A stretch of 27,424 nt of DNA from Pyrinomonadaceae bacterium (GTDB taxonomy: Bacteria; Acidobacteriota; Blastocatellia; Pyrinomonadales; Pyrinomonadaceae): positions 1 to 27,424 of the forward strand of contig JBKJRA010000073.1 of NCBI GenBank assembly GCA_046594975.1. Direction: 5' to 3'. A model generated the notes under the pieces. It did not search any database. It saw only the letters and a list, made by a program, of their open reading frames with translations, and had not been told where the DNA came from. Positions 10,069-18,229 of the stretch are shown here, piece by piece; the stretch's first letter is position 1; each line of letters starts with the position of its first letter. The position numbers and the translations under genes are program-made.

Positions 10069-12860
10069 AAGATTTGCCCGACCCAGAATCGGCGAGGCGA
10101 TTCCTCGGCCAGCTGGCTGAGGCACATGCGACGCATCACGCTAAGTTGCTCAAAAATGAGAGCCTGCAGTCTGACGTGCTGACCCTCGTCTCGTTCAGCC
10201 CTTTGCTTGCGACGACCTTACTGCAAAATCCGGATTACATCGGCTGGCTCGACCGCAAACGCCTCGATTCGGGTGTTCGCGGCAAAGAAGAATTGCTCGA
10301 ATCCCTCGCCCGTTTTTCGCTGACAAATTCGCAATTGGAGCCGCAGGTACTCTTCGCCAGATTTCGCCGCCGAGAATTATTGCGTATTTACCTCCGCGAC
10401 ATTCGCGGTCTCGCGACGATCGCCGAGATCACCGAAGAGATATCGCACCTCGCCGACGCCATTCTCGAAGCCGCTCTTAAAACCGCCCGCCGCGAGATGG
10501 ACAATCGTTTCGGCTCGCCGCAGGAGACTGACGAAAAAGGCCGTGCGGCGTCTGCGCGTTTCTGCATTGCTGCCCTTGGCAAACTCGGTTCCCGCGAGCT
10601 TAATTATTCGTCGGACATCGACCTGCTTTTTCTATATTCCGACGAAGGCACGACCTCCGGCAGCGGCACTCGCGGTGCGGTGACAAACCGGGAATATTTC
10701 ATCAAACTCGCCGAATACACCGCCAAACTCGTGGCAAGCTCGTCCGGCGAAGGTGCCGCCTACCGCGTCGATCTTCGCCTGCGTCCACACGGCACGCTCG
10801 GTGCTCTGGCATTGTCTGTCAAAGACCTCATCCGCTATCACAAAGTCGAAGCCCGCCCTTGGGAACGTCAGGTTTTGATCCGTTCGCGAGGATGTGCAGG
10901 CGACATAGATCTGTTTCGCGAGTTTTTCTTACAGGTCGAGGATCTTGTCTTTTCGACTACCGAGACCGTCGCGTCCTCGCTTCGCAACGTGCGTCTTTCT
11001 AAACAAAAGATCGATCTTGAGATGATAAACCGGCGTGGTTACGACGTAAAACTTGGCCGCGGCGGCATTCGCGAGATCGAGTTTATTGCTCAGGCTCTAC
11101 AGCTTGCACACGGCGGCCAGGACAAATGGCTTCGTTCGCCGCACACTCTGATCAGCCTCGACCGTCTTGCGGACAGGCGTCTGCTGACCGAAGCCGAGCT
11201 TACAGGTCTCGCTGCCGCGTACGAATTTCTTCGCCGCACGGAGCACGTCCTGCAGATGGAAAACGGTGTGCAAACGCATACGGTCTCAGACGATACTGAA
11301 AAACGCGAAGTCTTGGCGCGAAGGATAGAATTCATCGACGACGGCGATTTCGAACAGAACCTGAAAAAACACACGGACTGTGTTGCGGGAGTTTTCACGC
11401 GGGTGTTTGGAGTTTCGCCTTTAAGCGGCCAGCATGAGGAAGAGCCGACTGAACTTGGAACTCCGAACGCTGAGATCCCCGACCTGCAGAAACGCACGCT
11501 GTCTCACGTGATGGCGTCGATAGAAAAATCCGACGTTGCCTACGCGGCAGACGAAACAAGTGTCGCTGTTCTGACCCGCATCACCGCCGTTTCGCCGCAT
11601 TTTTCGGCGATGCTTGCGGCAAATCCCGACCTCGCCGCAAGTCTTCCCGACCCCGAAGCCGAGTTTGCCGAACCGGATTACGCCGTCGAGATGATGGATG
11701 CGGTCGAATCCACGCGCGATTTCGGCCAGCGTTTATCGGCGATGCGAAAGGCCTGGTCGCATCTTTTGATGGAGATCGTCGTGCGGGATATTTTCGAAAA
11801 GATCACGATCAGCGAAGCCAAACGCCTGCAGACCAAGCTTGCCGAGGCGTCCATCGCCGCCGCTTTGCGGGCCGTTCGCGACGAGCTTGCGCACCGTTAC
11901 CACGACGAAAGCACTCATCTCGACCTCGCGATACTCGCTCTTGGCAAACTCGGCGGCCGCGGGCTCGATTACGACAGCGACCTCGATCTGGTCATCGTCT
12001 ACTACGACCCCAAAGAGCCTCTTACCGACGTCACGCCGGCCGAATTTTACTCGCGTGCGGTCGAGCTTTTCGTCACCGCTCTGTCGTCGATGACCCGCGA
12101 CGGCAATCTCTACCGCGTCGATCTTCGCCTGCGTCCCTTCGGCAGCAAAGGAATGTCCGCGATGTCGATCGATGCATTTCTCGGCTACATGCAGGACACG
12201 GCGGCAATATGGGAAATGCTGGCGTTTGTTAAATTACGTTTCGTCGGCGGTGACCTGAGCATCGGATTTAACGTCGAAAACGAAACCCGCCGCCTGATCC
12301 ACGAACGAGCTGCCGCCGCTGATCCGGCTGAGCTTCGAGCCGAAACCCTACGCGTCCGTCACGCCCTCGAAGAGCAGCGTGCCCGCTCCGCTCGCGGCAA
12401 GGACATCGACATCAAATACGGTTCCGGCGGCCTTCTCGACGTTTATTTCGCCATGCGTTACCTACAACTCCGCTACAACATCCCGGATAGCGACGTTGAA
12501 GAAGAGCGTGAGACTAATAGCCGCTCGACCTTAGCAATGCTCAATCGTCTCCACAAACTTGCGGAAAAGAACGAAGTGGAAAATGGAACTCTCCCTGTCC
12601 CCTTTTCCCCTCTTCCCCTTTTCTCCTCTGCTATCGAGCTATTAACCGAGAGCTACACCTTCCTCGCCGCTCTCGACCACAATCTCCGCCTCACCGTCGG
12701 CCGCACGACCCGCGTTCCCGTCGCCAACGACAACGCCCTAAAGACCATCGCCGCCCGTATGCATCTCGCCAGCCCCGCCGACCTCCTCGAACACCTTACC
12801 ATCCACCGCCTAAACATCCGCTCCGCCTTCGACACGATCCTCGCCGACCCGAAAGCGTAA
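10044..12860 (+). CDS. glnE: Glutamine synthetase adenylyltransferase / adenylyl-removing enzyme
   Basis: Two nucleotidyltransferase modules (GKLGSRELNYSSDIDL; GKLGGRGLDYDSDLDL), each followed by YRVDLRLRP; 938 aa. Confidence 0.9.
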   Translation: MERKEFLIKDLPDPESARRFLGQLAEAHATHHAKLLKNESLQSDVLTLVSFSPLLATTLLQNPDYIGWLDRKRLDSGVRGKEELLESLARFSLTNSQLEPQVLFARFRRRELLRIYLRDIRGLATIAEITEEISHLADAILEAALKTARREMDNRFGSPQETDEKGRAASARFCIAALGKLGSRELNYSSDIDLLFLYSDEGTTSGSGTRGAVTNREYFIKLAEYTAKLVASSSGEGAAYRVDLRLRPHGTLGALALSVKDLIRYHKVEARPWERQVLIRSRGCAGDIDLFREFFLQVEDLVFSTTETVASSLRNVRLSKQKIDLEMINRRGYDVKLGRGGIREIEFIAQALQLAHGGQDKWLRSPHTLISLDRLADRRLLTEAELTGLAAAYEFLRRTEHVLQMENGVQTHTVSDDTEKREVLARRIEFIDDGDFEQNLKKHTDCVAGVFTRVFGVSPLSGQHEEEPTELGTPNAEIPDLQKRTLSHVMASIEKSDVAYAADETSVAVLTRITAVSPHFSAMLAANPDLAASLPDPEAEFAEPDYAVEMMDAVESTRDFGQRLSAMRKAWSHLLMEIVVRDIFEKITISEAKRLQTKLAEASIAAALRAVRDELAHRYHDESTHLDLAILALGKLGGRGLDYDSDLDLVIVYYDPKEPLTDVTPAEFYSRAVELFVTALSSMTRDGNLYRVDLRLRPFGSKGMSAMSIDAFLGYMQDTAAIWEMLAFVKLRFVGGDLSIGFNVENETRRLIHERAAAADPAELRAETLRVRHALEEQRARSARGKDIDIKYGSGGLLDVYFAMRYLQLRYNIPDSDVEEERETNSRSTLAMLNRLHKLAEKNEVENGTLPVPFSPLPLFSSAIELLTESYTFLAALDHNLRLTVGRTTRVPVANDNALKTIAARMHLASPADLLEHLTIHRLNIRSAFDTILADPKA
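11405..11471. repeat. Degenerate heptamer repeat with complementary arm in the GlnE interdomain linker
   Basis: gaacttg gaactcc gaacgct (11451-11471); GTTTGGAGTTTC (11405-11416) can pair with 11457-11468 (12 bp including G-U). Confidence 0.5.
12561..12631. repeat. Pyrimidine-rich octamer tandem repeat x5 with purine-rich arm, in frame in glnE
   Basis: tccctgtc cccttttc ccctcttc cccttttc tcctctgc (12592-12631), preceded by gcggaaaag...ggaaaatgg; encodes LPVPFSPLPLFSSA. Confidence 0.75.
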
Positions 12861-12871
12861 GCTTCCTCTCC

Positions 12872-12905
12872 TGTCAGAACCGGAATCGGCAGCGACAGGG
12901 TTCTT
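12872..12905 (+). repeat. 34-nt palindromic REP-like repeat, copy 1
   Basis: TGTCAGAACCGGAATCGGCAGCGACAGGGTTCTT; 30/34 identical to the reverse complement of 15180-15213; AGAACC/GGTTCT arms. Confidence 0.85.
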
Positions 12906-12978
12906 GCTCTGAAAATCGGTTAATGCTAAAGTTTGCGGTGCGGGAAGCCGTCTTGGACGTAGGAGGTTGGGTTTCGAC

Positions 12979-13254
12979 ATGGCCTCGTCCCGCATCATCC
13001 CAAATGAATATTTTGCACTAGTGCGACAACGTACAGACAGGATTTTACTTCAAGCACAGGCTCAGTCTATGACCTCGCCTCACCCTACCATTGCTCAACG
13101 CGTCGCCACGCATCTTATAGACTACCCGCTCGCCGAACCGAGTGATGCCGCCATCCCGTCCGAGCAACTCCTAAATGATGTGTTAGATCACCTCCGCATG
13201 TTCCATCCCGGAGCTTACGACCACTTTGTCCCTCCAGTTCTACCAGTAGAATAA
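12979..13254 (+). CDS. Hypothetical protein (~91 aa)
   Basis: ORF; AGGAGG at 12961-12966, ATG at 12979; no recognisable motif. Confidence 0.45.
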   Translation: MASSRIIPNEYFALVRQRTDRILLQAQAQSMTSPHPTIAQRVATHLIDYPLAEPSDAAIPSEQLLNDVLDHLRMFHPGAYDHFVPPVLPVE

Positions 13255-13428
13255 AACTATGAGCTTAAAAGCGATCAAGAACACCATTGTGCTCTAATTG
13301 ATTTTAAGGTTCGTTGGCGTTCGACCGATCTTTCAAAAGCGATTAGGTTAGATGGCATACTACTGATACGCTCAGCGTATAGCGGACGACCCATATAACC
13401 TTCCGATCCGCTGCATTGCAAGCTACCA

Positions 13429-13653
13429 ATGAAAGACAAGATCGACTTTTTGTTAAAAAGGGTCACGAAGTTTCAGACGCAGACGAAAAACTCGCTTGAT
13501 AGCGAAGCGTTCGCGCTTGTCCGCCGTTCGCTGGAAAGTATAAAGCTCGAAATTTCTCATGGCACCCCAATCGACCCCGCGACTATTGATAGCATAGAGA
13601 CAAGACTCCTGCGACTTGAAAATATCTTTAAAAATCAGAATAAAATGCTCTGA
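13429..13653 (+). CDS. Hypothetical helical protein (74 aa)
   Basis: ATG ORF with amphipathic, helix-like composition; no recognisable motif. Confidence 0.5.
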   Translation: MKDKIDFLLKRVTKFQTQTKNSLDSEAFALVRRSLESIKLEISHGTPIDPATIDSIETRLLRLENIFKNQNKML

Positions 13654-13712
13654 TCAATAAGGTGGAGCGAGGTGATCCTCAACGTCTCCCACACCGTCAA
13701 AGGCCTCGCTCG

Positions 13713-13880
13713 ATGCTCGACGCGACAAGGGCCTTGTATATACTCGACAAACTCGAAGCGATGCGTCCCACGCTTAGCAACGATCCCACCGTCGTTGCAC
13801 AGTTTGAGCAAACTCTCGCCGAATGCCACGAAGCCCTGCGTCTCGACGCCGAGGCTCGCGGCCTTCCAGGAAAGATGTAA
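13713..13880 (+). CDS. Hypothetical helical protein (55 aa; 72 aa if GTG 13662 is used)
   Basis: ORF with C-ending codon bias like real genes nearby. Confidence 0.45.
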   Translation: MLDATRALYILDKLEAMRPTLSNDPTVVAQFEQTLAECHEALRLDAEARGLPGKM

Positions 13881-13921
13881 ATACTGGCTAAAATGCAATC
13901 TCAATTGATCTCTACGACGGA

Positions 13922-14152
13922 GGAAATCGTTTCCACGAAGGGGGTAAACGCTCTGACGAAGCTCGCAAATGCTCTGACGACGGGGGCAAACGCTGTGTGA
14001 AGTCGGGCAACCGTTACGGGGAGACGGGCAACTGCCGCGGAAAGACGGGCAAACGCTGCGTGGAGTCGGGCAACTGCTGCGGAGAGACGGGCAACTGGTG
14101 CGGAGAGACGGGCGAACGCTACGGGGAGACGGGTAAACGGCGCGGGGAAGAG
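13922..14152. repeat. Tandem array of 11 degenerate 21-nt units (consensus about GGCAAMYGCTGCGGRGAGACG)
   Basis: Units start at 13922, 13943, 13964, 13985, 14006, 14027, 14048, 14069, 14090, 14111 and 14132; contiguous, no spacers. Confidence 0.92.
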
Positions 14153-14179
14153 GAAAATGCTGGCGGCGACAAATATCTG

Positions 14180-14208
14180 TTGACGTCAAGGCTCTTTTTG
14201 AATATAGT
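14180..14208 (+). promoter_or_regulatory. sigma70-type promoter with a perfect palindrome over the -35
   Basis: TTGACG-N17-TATAGT; TTGACGTCAA (14180-14189) is a perfect 10-bp palindrome; AGGAGG RBS at 14246-14251. Confidence 0.6.
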
Positions 14209-14261
14209 TGGTATCGTTCCAAAACAAAAGACAAATAATTTTTTTAGGAGGACATTCGAAA

Positions 14262-14957
14262 ATGGCAGATAGAGACTGGTATCCACGCAGCAGGGAGGCT
14301 CTGGCTATTTGGTGGGCGAATTTTACATTGCGGAGGCCGGATTTTGAGGCGAAGTATCCGATACTTGGGACGCTGAAAAACGAACTCAACGCGGCGGGGG
14401 CGTGGATGGATTACTGGGCCTCGGCTATGCATATTTTCAGCGACCTTGGGCAGCAGATGTCCAAATATTTTAATACTATCGCCGGTAATGATAAAAGCGC
14501 CGATCCGCCGCAGCCGATAAAGTGGACGATCCCGCCAGGAATGCCTGCGGAGGTGCCGCCGGGAATCGAAAAGATAATACGCGACGTTCGGCGCGATGTC
14601 GTCGGACAGATCGATTACGCGGTGGCCGACGGCGAAGCGTTGGGATTTGAAACCGTCGGTGCTAAGGCACTGAACCCGGATGTTCTAACCGCTGCTTTCG
14701 AGGTCAAAACGCTCGTCGGGTTTGAACTGCAGATGACCTTTAGAAAGTACGGAATGGACGCGATGCGGTTTGAGTTTCGATACAAAGGCGGCGACTGGCA
14801 GAGCGCCGGAACCCTCATTAACAGCGCCGGCGTGCTCCATATCCTGCCCCAAACACCCGGCCAGGCCGAACAGATCGAACTTCGCGCCGTCTATCTCAAG
14901 GGCAACGATACATTCGGCAACTACTCCGACACAAAAACCGCCCTCATCGCCCCGTAG
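14262..14957 (+). CDS. Hypothetical protein, 231 aa (helical N-terminus, Pro-rich middle, predicted beta-sandwich/Fn3-like C-terminus)
   Basis: Strong RBS, ATG 14262, clean codon usage. The fold assignment is an inference from alternating hydrophobic strands (MRFEFRYK, IELRAVYL, GNYSD). Confidence 0.85.
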   Translation: MADRDWYPRSREALAIWWANFTLRRPDFEAKYPILGTLKNELNAAGAWMDYWASAMHIFSDLGQQMSKYFNTIAGNDKSADPPQPIKWTIPPGMPAEVPPGIEKIIRDVRRDVVGQIDYAVADGEALGFETVGAKALNPDVLTAAFEVKTLVGFELQMTFRKYGMDAMRFEFRYKGGDWQSAGTLINSAGVLHILPQTPGQAEQIELRAVYLKGNDTFGNYSDTKTALIAP

Positions 14958-14967
14958 ATGATTGAAA

Positions 14968-15165
14968 TCAGGCTATGGTCGTTTTTCGACTGTTAATATC
15001 TTCGAACCAGCACCGCGTGCAGAAGCGGTGCTTTTTTCTTTGCGTTAGCGGATAGTCGGCGGACATCGGCAGACGTTCGACGAGCATTTGCTGTTCGAGG
15101 TCGAGTTCGTCCCAATCCTTCATTTTCGGCAAGCCGCACTTTGGGCAGGTGTTTTTGTCTATCAT
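14968..15165 (-). CDS. Small CxxC...CxxC (zinc-ribbon-like) protein
   Basis: CPKCG and CTRCW motifs, 65 aa. Confidence 0.7.
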   Translation of the reverse strand: MIDKNTCPKCGLPKMKDWDELDLEQQMLVERLPMSADYPLTQRKKHRFCTRCWFEDINSRKTTIA

Positions 15166-15179
15166 TGTGCTGAAGATGA

Positions 15180-15213
15180 AAGAACCCAGTCGCTACCGCT
15201 CCCGGTTCTGACA
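15180..15213 (-). repeat. 34-nt palindromic REP-like repeat, copy 2 (inverted relative to copy 1)
   Basis: Minus strand TGTCAGAACCGGGAGCGGTAGCGACTGGGTTCTT; folds as a hairpin with AGAACC/GGTTCT arms and a GC-GGTA-GC tip. Confidence 0.85.
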
Positions 15214-15284
15214 ATCTGAATCATTTGTTATACTTTTCGCGTATCAAAGCTGTCCCGATGTTATCAAATCTCGTCTAACCGATT

Positions 15285-18152
15285 ATGAAAACTAGAATAA
15301 TTCTGTTCGCTGCGACTATCTGTATTGTCTTTGCGCAATTTGCGTTTGCCCAGGACCCACTCAATGAGAAATTTGATTTCTACAACCGGGGCGATTACAA
15401 AGCCAATGTACCGCGTCCGCAGAGCATACTGCACTACGACGTGGGCGATTTTCATACGACCTACGCACAGATGGAAAAAGTGATCGAGTCGATCGCCGCC
15501 GCTTCGCCTGACCGTGTGAAGATAATGGACATCGGACTGACGAACGAGCATCGAATGCAGCATTTGATAGCGATCTCTTCGCCCGAGAATATCGCACGGC
15601 TCGACGACATCAAGGCGAATATCGCTAAGCTCACCGATCCGCGTAAAACCTCTGCCGCTGAGGCGAACACTATTGCACAAAACACACCCGCTATTGCGTG
15701 GATGGCCTACACCATTCACGGCAACGAATCAGCGTCGTTTGAGGCGATGATGCAGGTTATGTATCAGCTCGCCGCGTCTAATGAGCCGACAACGCTCGAA
15801 ATTCTTAAAAACACCGTTGTCCTGCTATTACCCGGCGAAAATCCTGACGGACACGAGAGATTTGTTACGTGGTATAACTCTGTCGCAATAGGCGACGCCA
15901 ACCGCTCCGCCCTCGAACACCGCGAGCCTTGGAGCATTTACGGAAGGCTCTCGCACTATCGTTTTGACCTCAACCGCGACACGCTTGCGATGACGCAGAT
16001 AGAAACGCAGCACATGGCAAAGGCGTTTCAGGAATGGAATCCGCAGGTATCGGCTGACCACCACGGACAGCCTTCGCAGTACTTTTTTCCGCCCGACGCA
16101 CTGCCGATCAATCCTAATCTGCCGCAGCCTGCATTTGGCAAATGGAACGAAATGTACGGTCGTGCCAACGCAAAGGCCTTTGACGCGAACAAGTGGGATT
16201 ACTACGTCCGAGACGTGTTTGACGCTTTCTATCCGGGATATTGGGATATGTACCCGTCGATGAACGGCGCCATAGGTATGACGTTCGAAACGGATGGCGG
16301 CGGCACCAAAGGACTGCGATGGACACGCGATGACGGCACGATCGCCACGCTCCGTTCGGCGATAGCCAAGCACTACACGGCATCTATGACGACGATTGAG
16401 ACGACTGCGAGAAATAAGGTCGAGCGTCTCAAGGATTTCTACGATTTCCGTGCGGGCGGCATGGCAGGTTATGCAGCCGGAAAGATGAAACGCGTCGTAA
16501 TATTGCCGCAAAAAGACCCCGTCAAAGCCGCCGAGCTCATCGAGGTGCTCAACCGTTCTAAGATCGAGGTCAAGGTCGCGGACAGTGCGTTCACCTCCGC
16601 GTCCGCCCACACATACGGCACGGCGAATGCATCCGTCGAGAGCAAAACATTCCCTGCCGGTTCGTATATCGTCGATCTAAACCAGCCGCAGCGGATATTG
16701 ATCAAATCGATCCTCGAACCCGACACACCGCAGGATAAGGCGTTTGTCGATGACAATATGGGCCGATTCAAACGCAACCAGATGAAAGGTGCCGGGCAGT
16801 CGAAAGAAGATTATGGTTTTTATGACATAACTGCTTGGTCGATGCCGCTTGCATTTGGGCTCGATGCGTATTGGACGGAGGACGGCGGTAATGCGTCGGG
16901 CACACTTGCGACCGACGAGACCATCGCCGCAGCAAAACGCGGTACGTATCCGGGTCGCGCCCAGATCGCGTACATTATTCCGTACGTTACCGATACAGCA
17001 AGTGCGATGGTTATGAAGATGCTCCAGGATGGTTTTCGCGTCGCCGTAGCCACAAAAACGCTCAACGCCGCTGGTCGCAACTGGCCGCGCGGCACATTCG
17101 TGGTCCGCGTCACGCGAAACACCGAAGCCCTTCATAACGAGGTCGCAAAACTCGCAATAGATATGGGCATCAATGTCACCGCTGTCAACACCGGATTTGC
17201 CGACGAAGGCGACACCGGCGTCGGCGGCCAGAATGTTATATCGCTGCAAGCCCCAAAGATCGCGATCGTCGCCGACGAAGCGGTCGATCAAACATCTTAC
17301 GGCTCGATCTGGTGGACGCTCGACCGCTACGGCATTAAATTTACGCCAATGACCATACGCTCGATCAAAAGCGGCGGCCTGAAAGATTACAACGTGTTGA
17401 TAATGCCCGACGGTTCGGCGAGCCAGTATATGTCGCTATTTGGCACAGGAGGAGTCTCAAGCCTGAAAGAATCGATATCGGACGGCGGAACGCTTGTCAC
17501 CTCACGCGGAGCGTCCGTTTTTGCGACGCTAAAAGATGTAGGGCTGACAACCTCCAAGCTCGTCGGCAGCGTCGAAGATGAGGAAAAAGGCAAGAAAACG
17601 GATGCTGAGGAAGAGAAAAAACCAACGCCGTCGCCAACGCCTGCGACTTCTGTAAGGCGTGCGGATAATAAAAATATACCGGTCGAGCCAAATCCAAACC
17701 CGTCAAGCGAAGAGCTAAAGTCCGACAAAGCCGATGGCGTCTCACCGAGCCTGCCGCCGATAGCATCGCCTTCGGCGGATGCTAACAAGGTTCCGGTCGC
17801 CCTGCCAGGTTCGATAATGCGTGCAACGGTCGATCGTACAACCTACTTAACCTACGGCCTCGAACAGGACGAACTGCCGGTTTTGCTCGCAAGCGGTTTC
17901 TTCTTCCGCTATTCAAAGGAAGGCTCGAACGCCATCGTCTTTGACGCGAAACCTCGGAGACCTCTAACGCTGTCGGGCTTTGTATGGGCAGGCAATACCG
18001 AAAGATTACTGTCCGGCACGGCTTACGTTATAGACGAACCGCGCGGTTCAGGCCACACGATCCTCTTTGCCGAGGAACCATTTTTTCGCGGCATCTTTAG
18101 ATCGAACACACGGCTGTTCTTTAATTCGATACTATTCAACGGAGTGTTCTAA
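15285..18152 (+). CDS. Secreted M14-family zinc carboxypeptidase-like protein
   Basis: Signal peptide; IHGNE, NPDG, DLNRD and DHHG motifs; long C-terminal region. Confidence 0.85.
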   Translation: MKTRIILFAATICIVFAQFAFAQDPLNEKFDFYNRGDYKANVPRPQSILHYDVGDFHTTYAQMEKVIESIAAASPDRVKIMDIGLTNEHRMQHLIAISSPENIARLDDIKANIAKLTDPRKTSAAEANTIAQNTPAIAWMAYTIHGNESASFEAMMQVMYQLAASNEPTTLEILKNTVVLLLPGENPDGHERFVTWYNSVAIGDANRSALEHREPWSIYGRLSHYRFDLNRDTLAMTQIETQHMAKAFQEWNPQVSADHHGQPSQYFFPPDALPINPNLPQPAFGKWNEMYGRANAKAFDANKWDYYVRDVFDAFYPGYWDMYPSMNGAIGMTFETDGGGTKGLRWTRDDGTIATLRSAIAKHYTASMTTIETTARNKVERLKDFYDFRAGGMAGYAAGKMKRVVILPQKDPVKAAELIEVLNRSKIEVKVADSAFTSASAHTYGTANASVESKTFPAGSYIVDLNQPQRILIKSILEPDTPQDKAFVDDNMGRFKRNQMKGAGQSKEDYGFYDITAWSMPLAFGLDAYWTEDGGNASGTLATDETIAAAKRGTYPGRAQIAYIIPYVTDTASAMVMKMLQDGFRVAVATKTLNAAGRNWPRGTFVVRVTRNTEALHNEVAKLAIDMGINVTAVNTGFADEGDTGVGGQNVISLQAPKIAIVADEAVDQTSYGSIWWTLDRYGIKFTPMTIRSIKSGGLKDYNVLIMPDGSASQYMSLFGTGGVSSLKESISDGGTLVTSRGASVFATLKDVGLTTSKLVGSVEDEEKGKKTDAEEEKKPTPSPTPATSVRRADNKNIPVEPNPNPSSEELKSDKADGVSPSLPPIASPSADANKVPVALPGSIMRATVDRTTYLTYGLEQDELPVLLASGFFFRYSKEGSNAIVFDAKPRRPLTLSGFVWAGNTERLLSGTAYVIDEPRGSGHTILFAEEPFFRGIFRSNTRLFFNSILFNGVF

Positions 18153-18229
18153 GTTCAGAAAACTCGATGCAGCGCGTATTCTAGTGTACAGATGGGACTC
18201 AATTAATAGAGTATTCTAAATTAGTCATT

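Noticed and set aside
13255-13398. In-frame open stretch after the TAA of the 12979 ORF (possible readthrough or pseudogene)
   Set aside because: Only about 47 codons with no start or motif; compatible with chance.
13922-14152. CRISPR array
   Set aside because: Units are contiguous and degenerate with no unique spacers, and no cas genes are in the window.
13635-14234. 199-aa minus-strand ORF and 91-aa plus-strand ORF (13997-14272) across the array
   Set aside because: They are open because of the 21-nt periodicity. They have weak TTG/GTG starts without an RBS and overlap other ORFs and the promoter; unit variation fits these frames less well than the start-less frame reported.
17560-17790. 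Charged/Pro-rich insertion in the M14 peptidase
   Set aside because: Ordinary low-complexity linker; only a 12-nt PTPS/PTPA duplication and no palindrome or non-triplet repeat.
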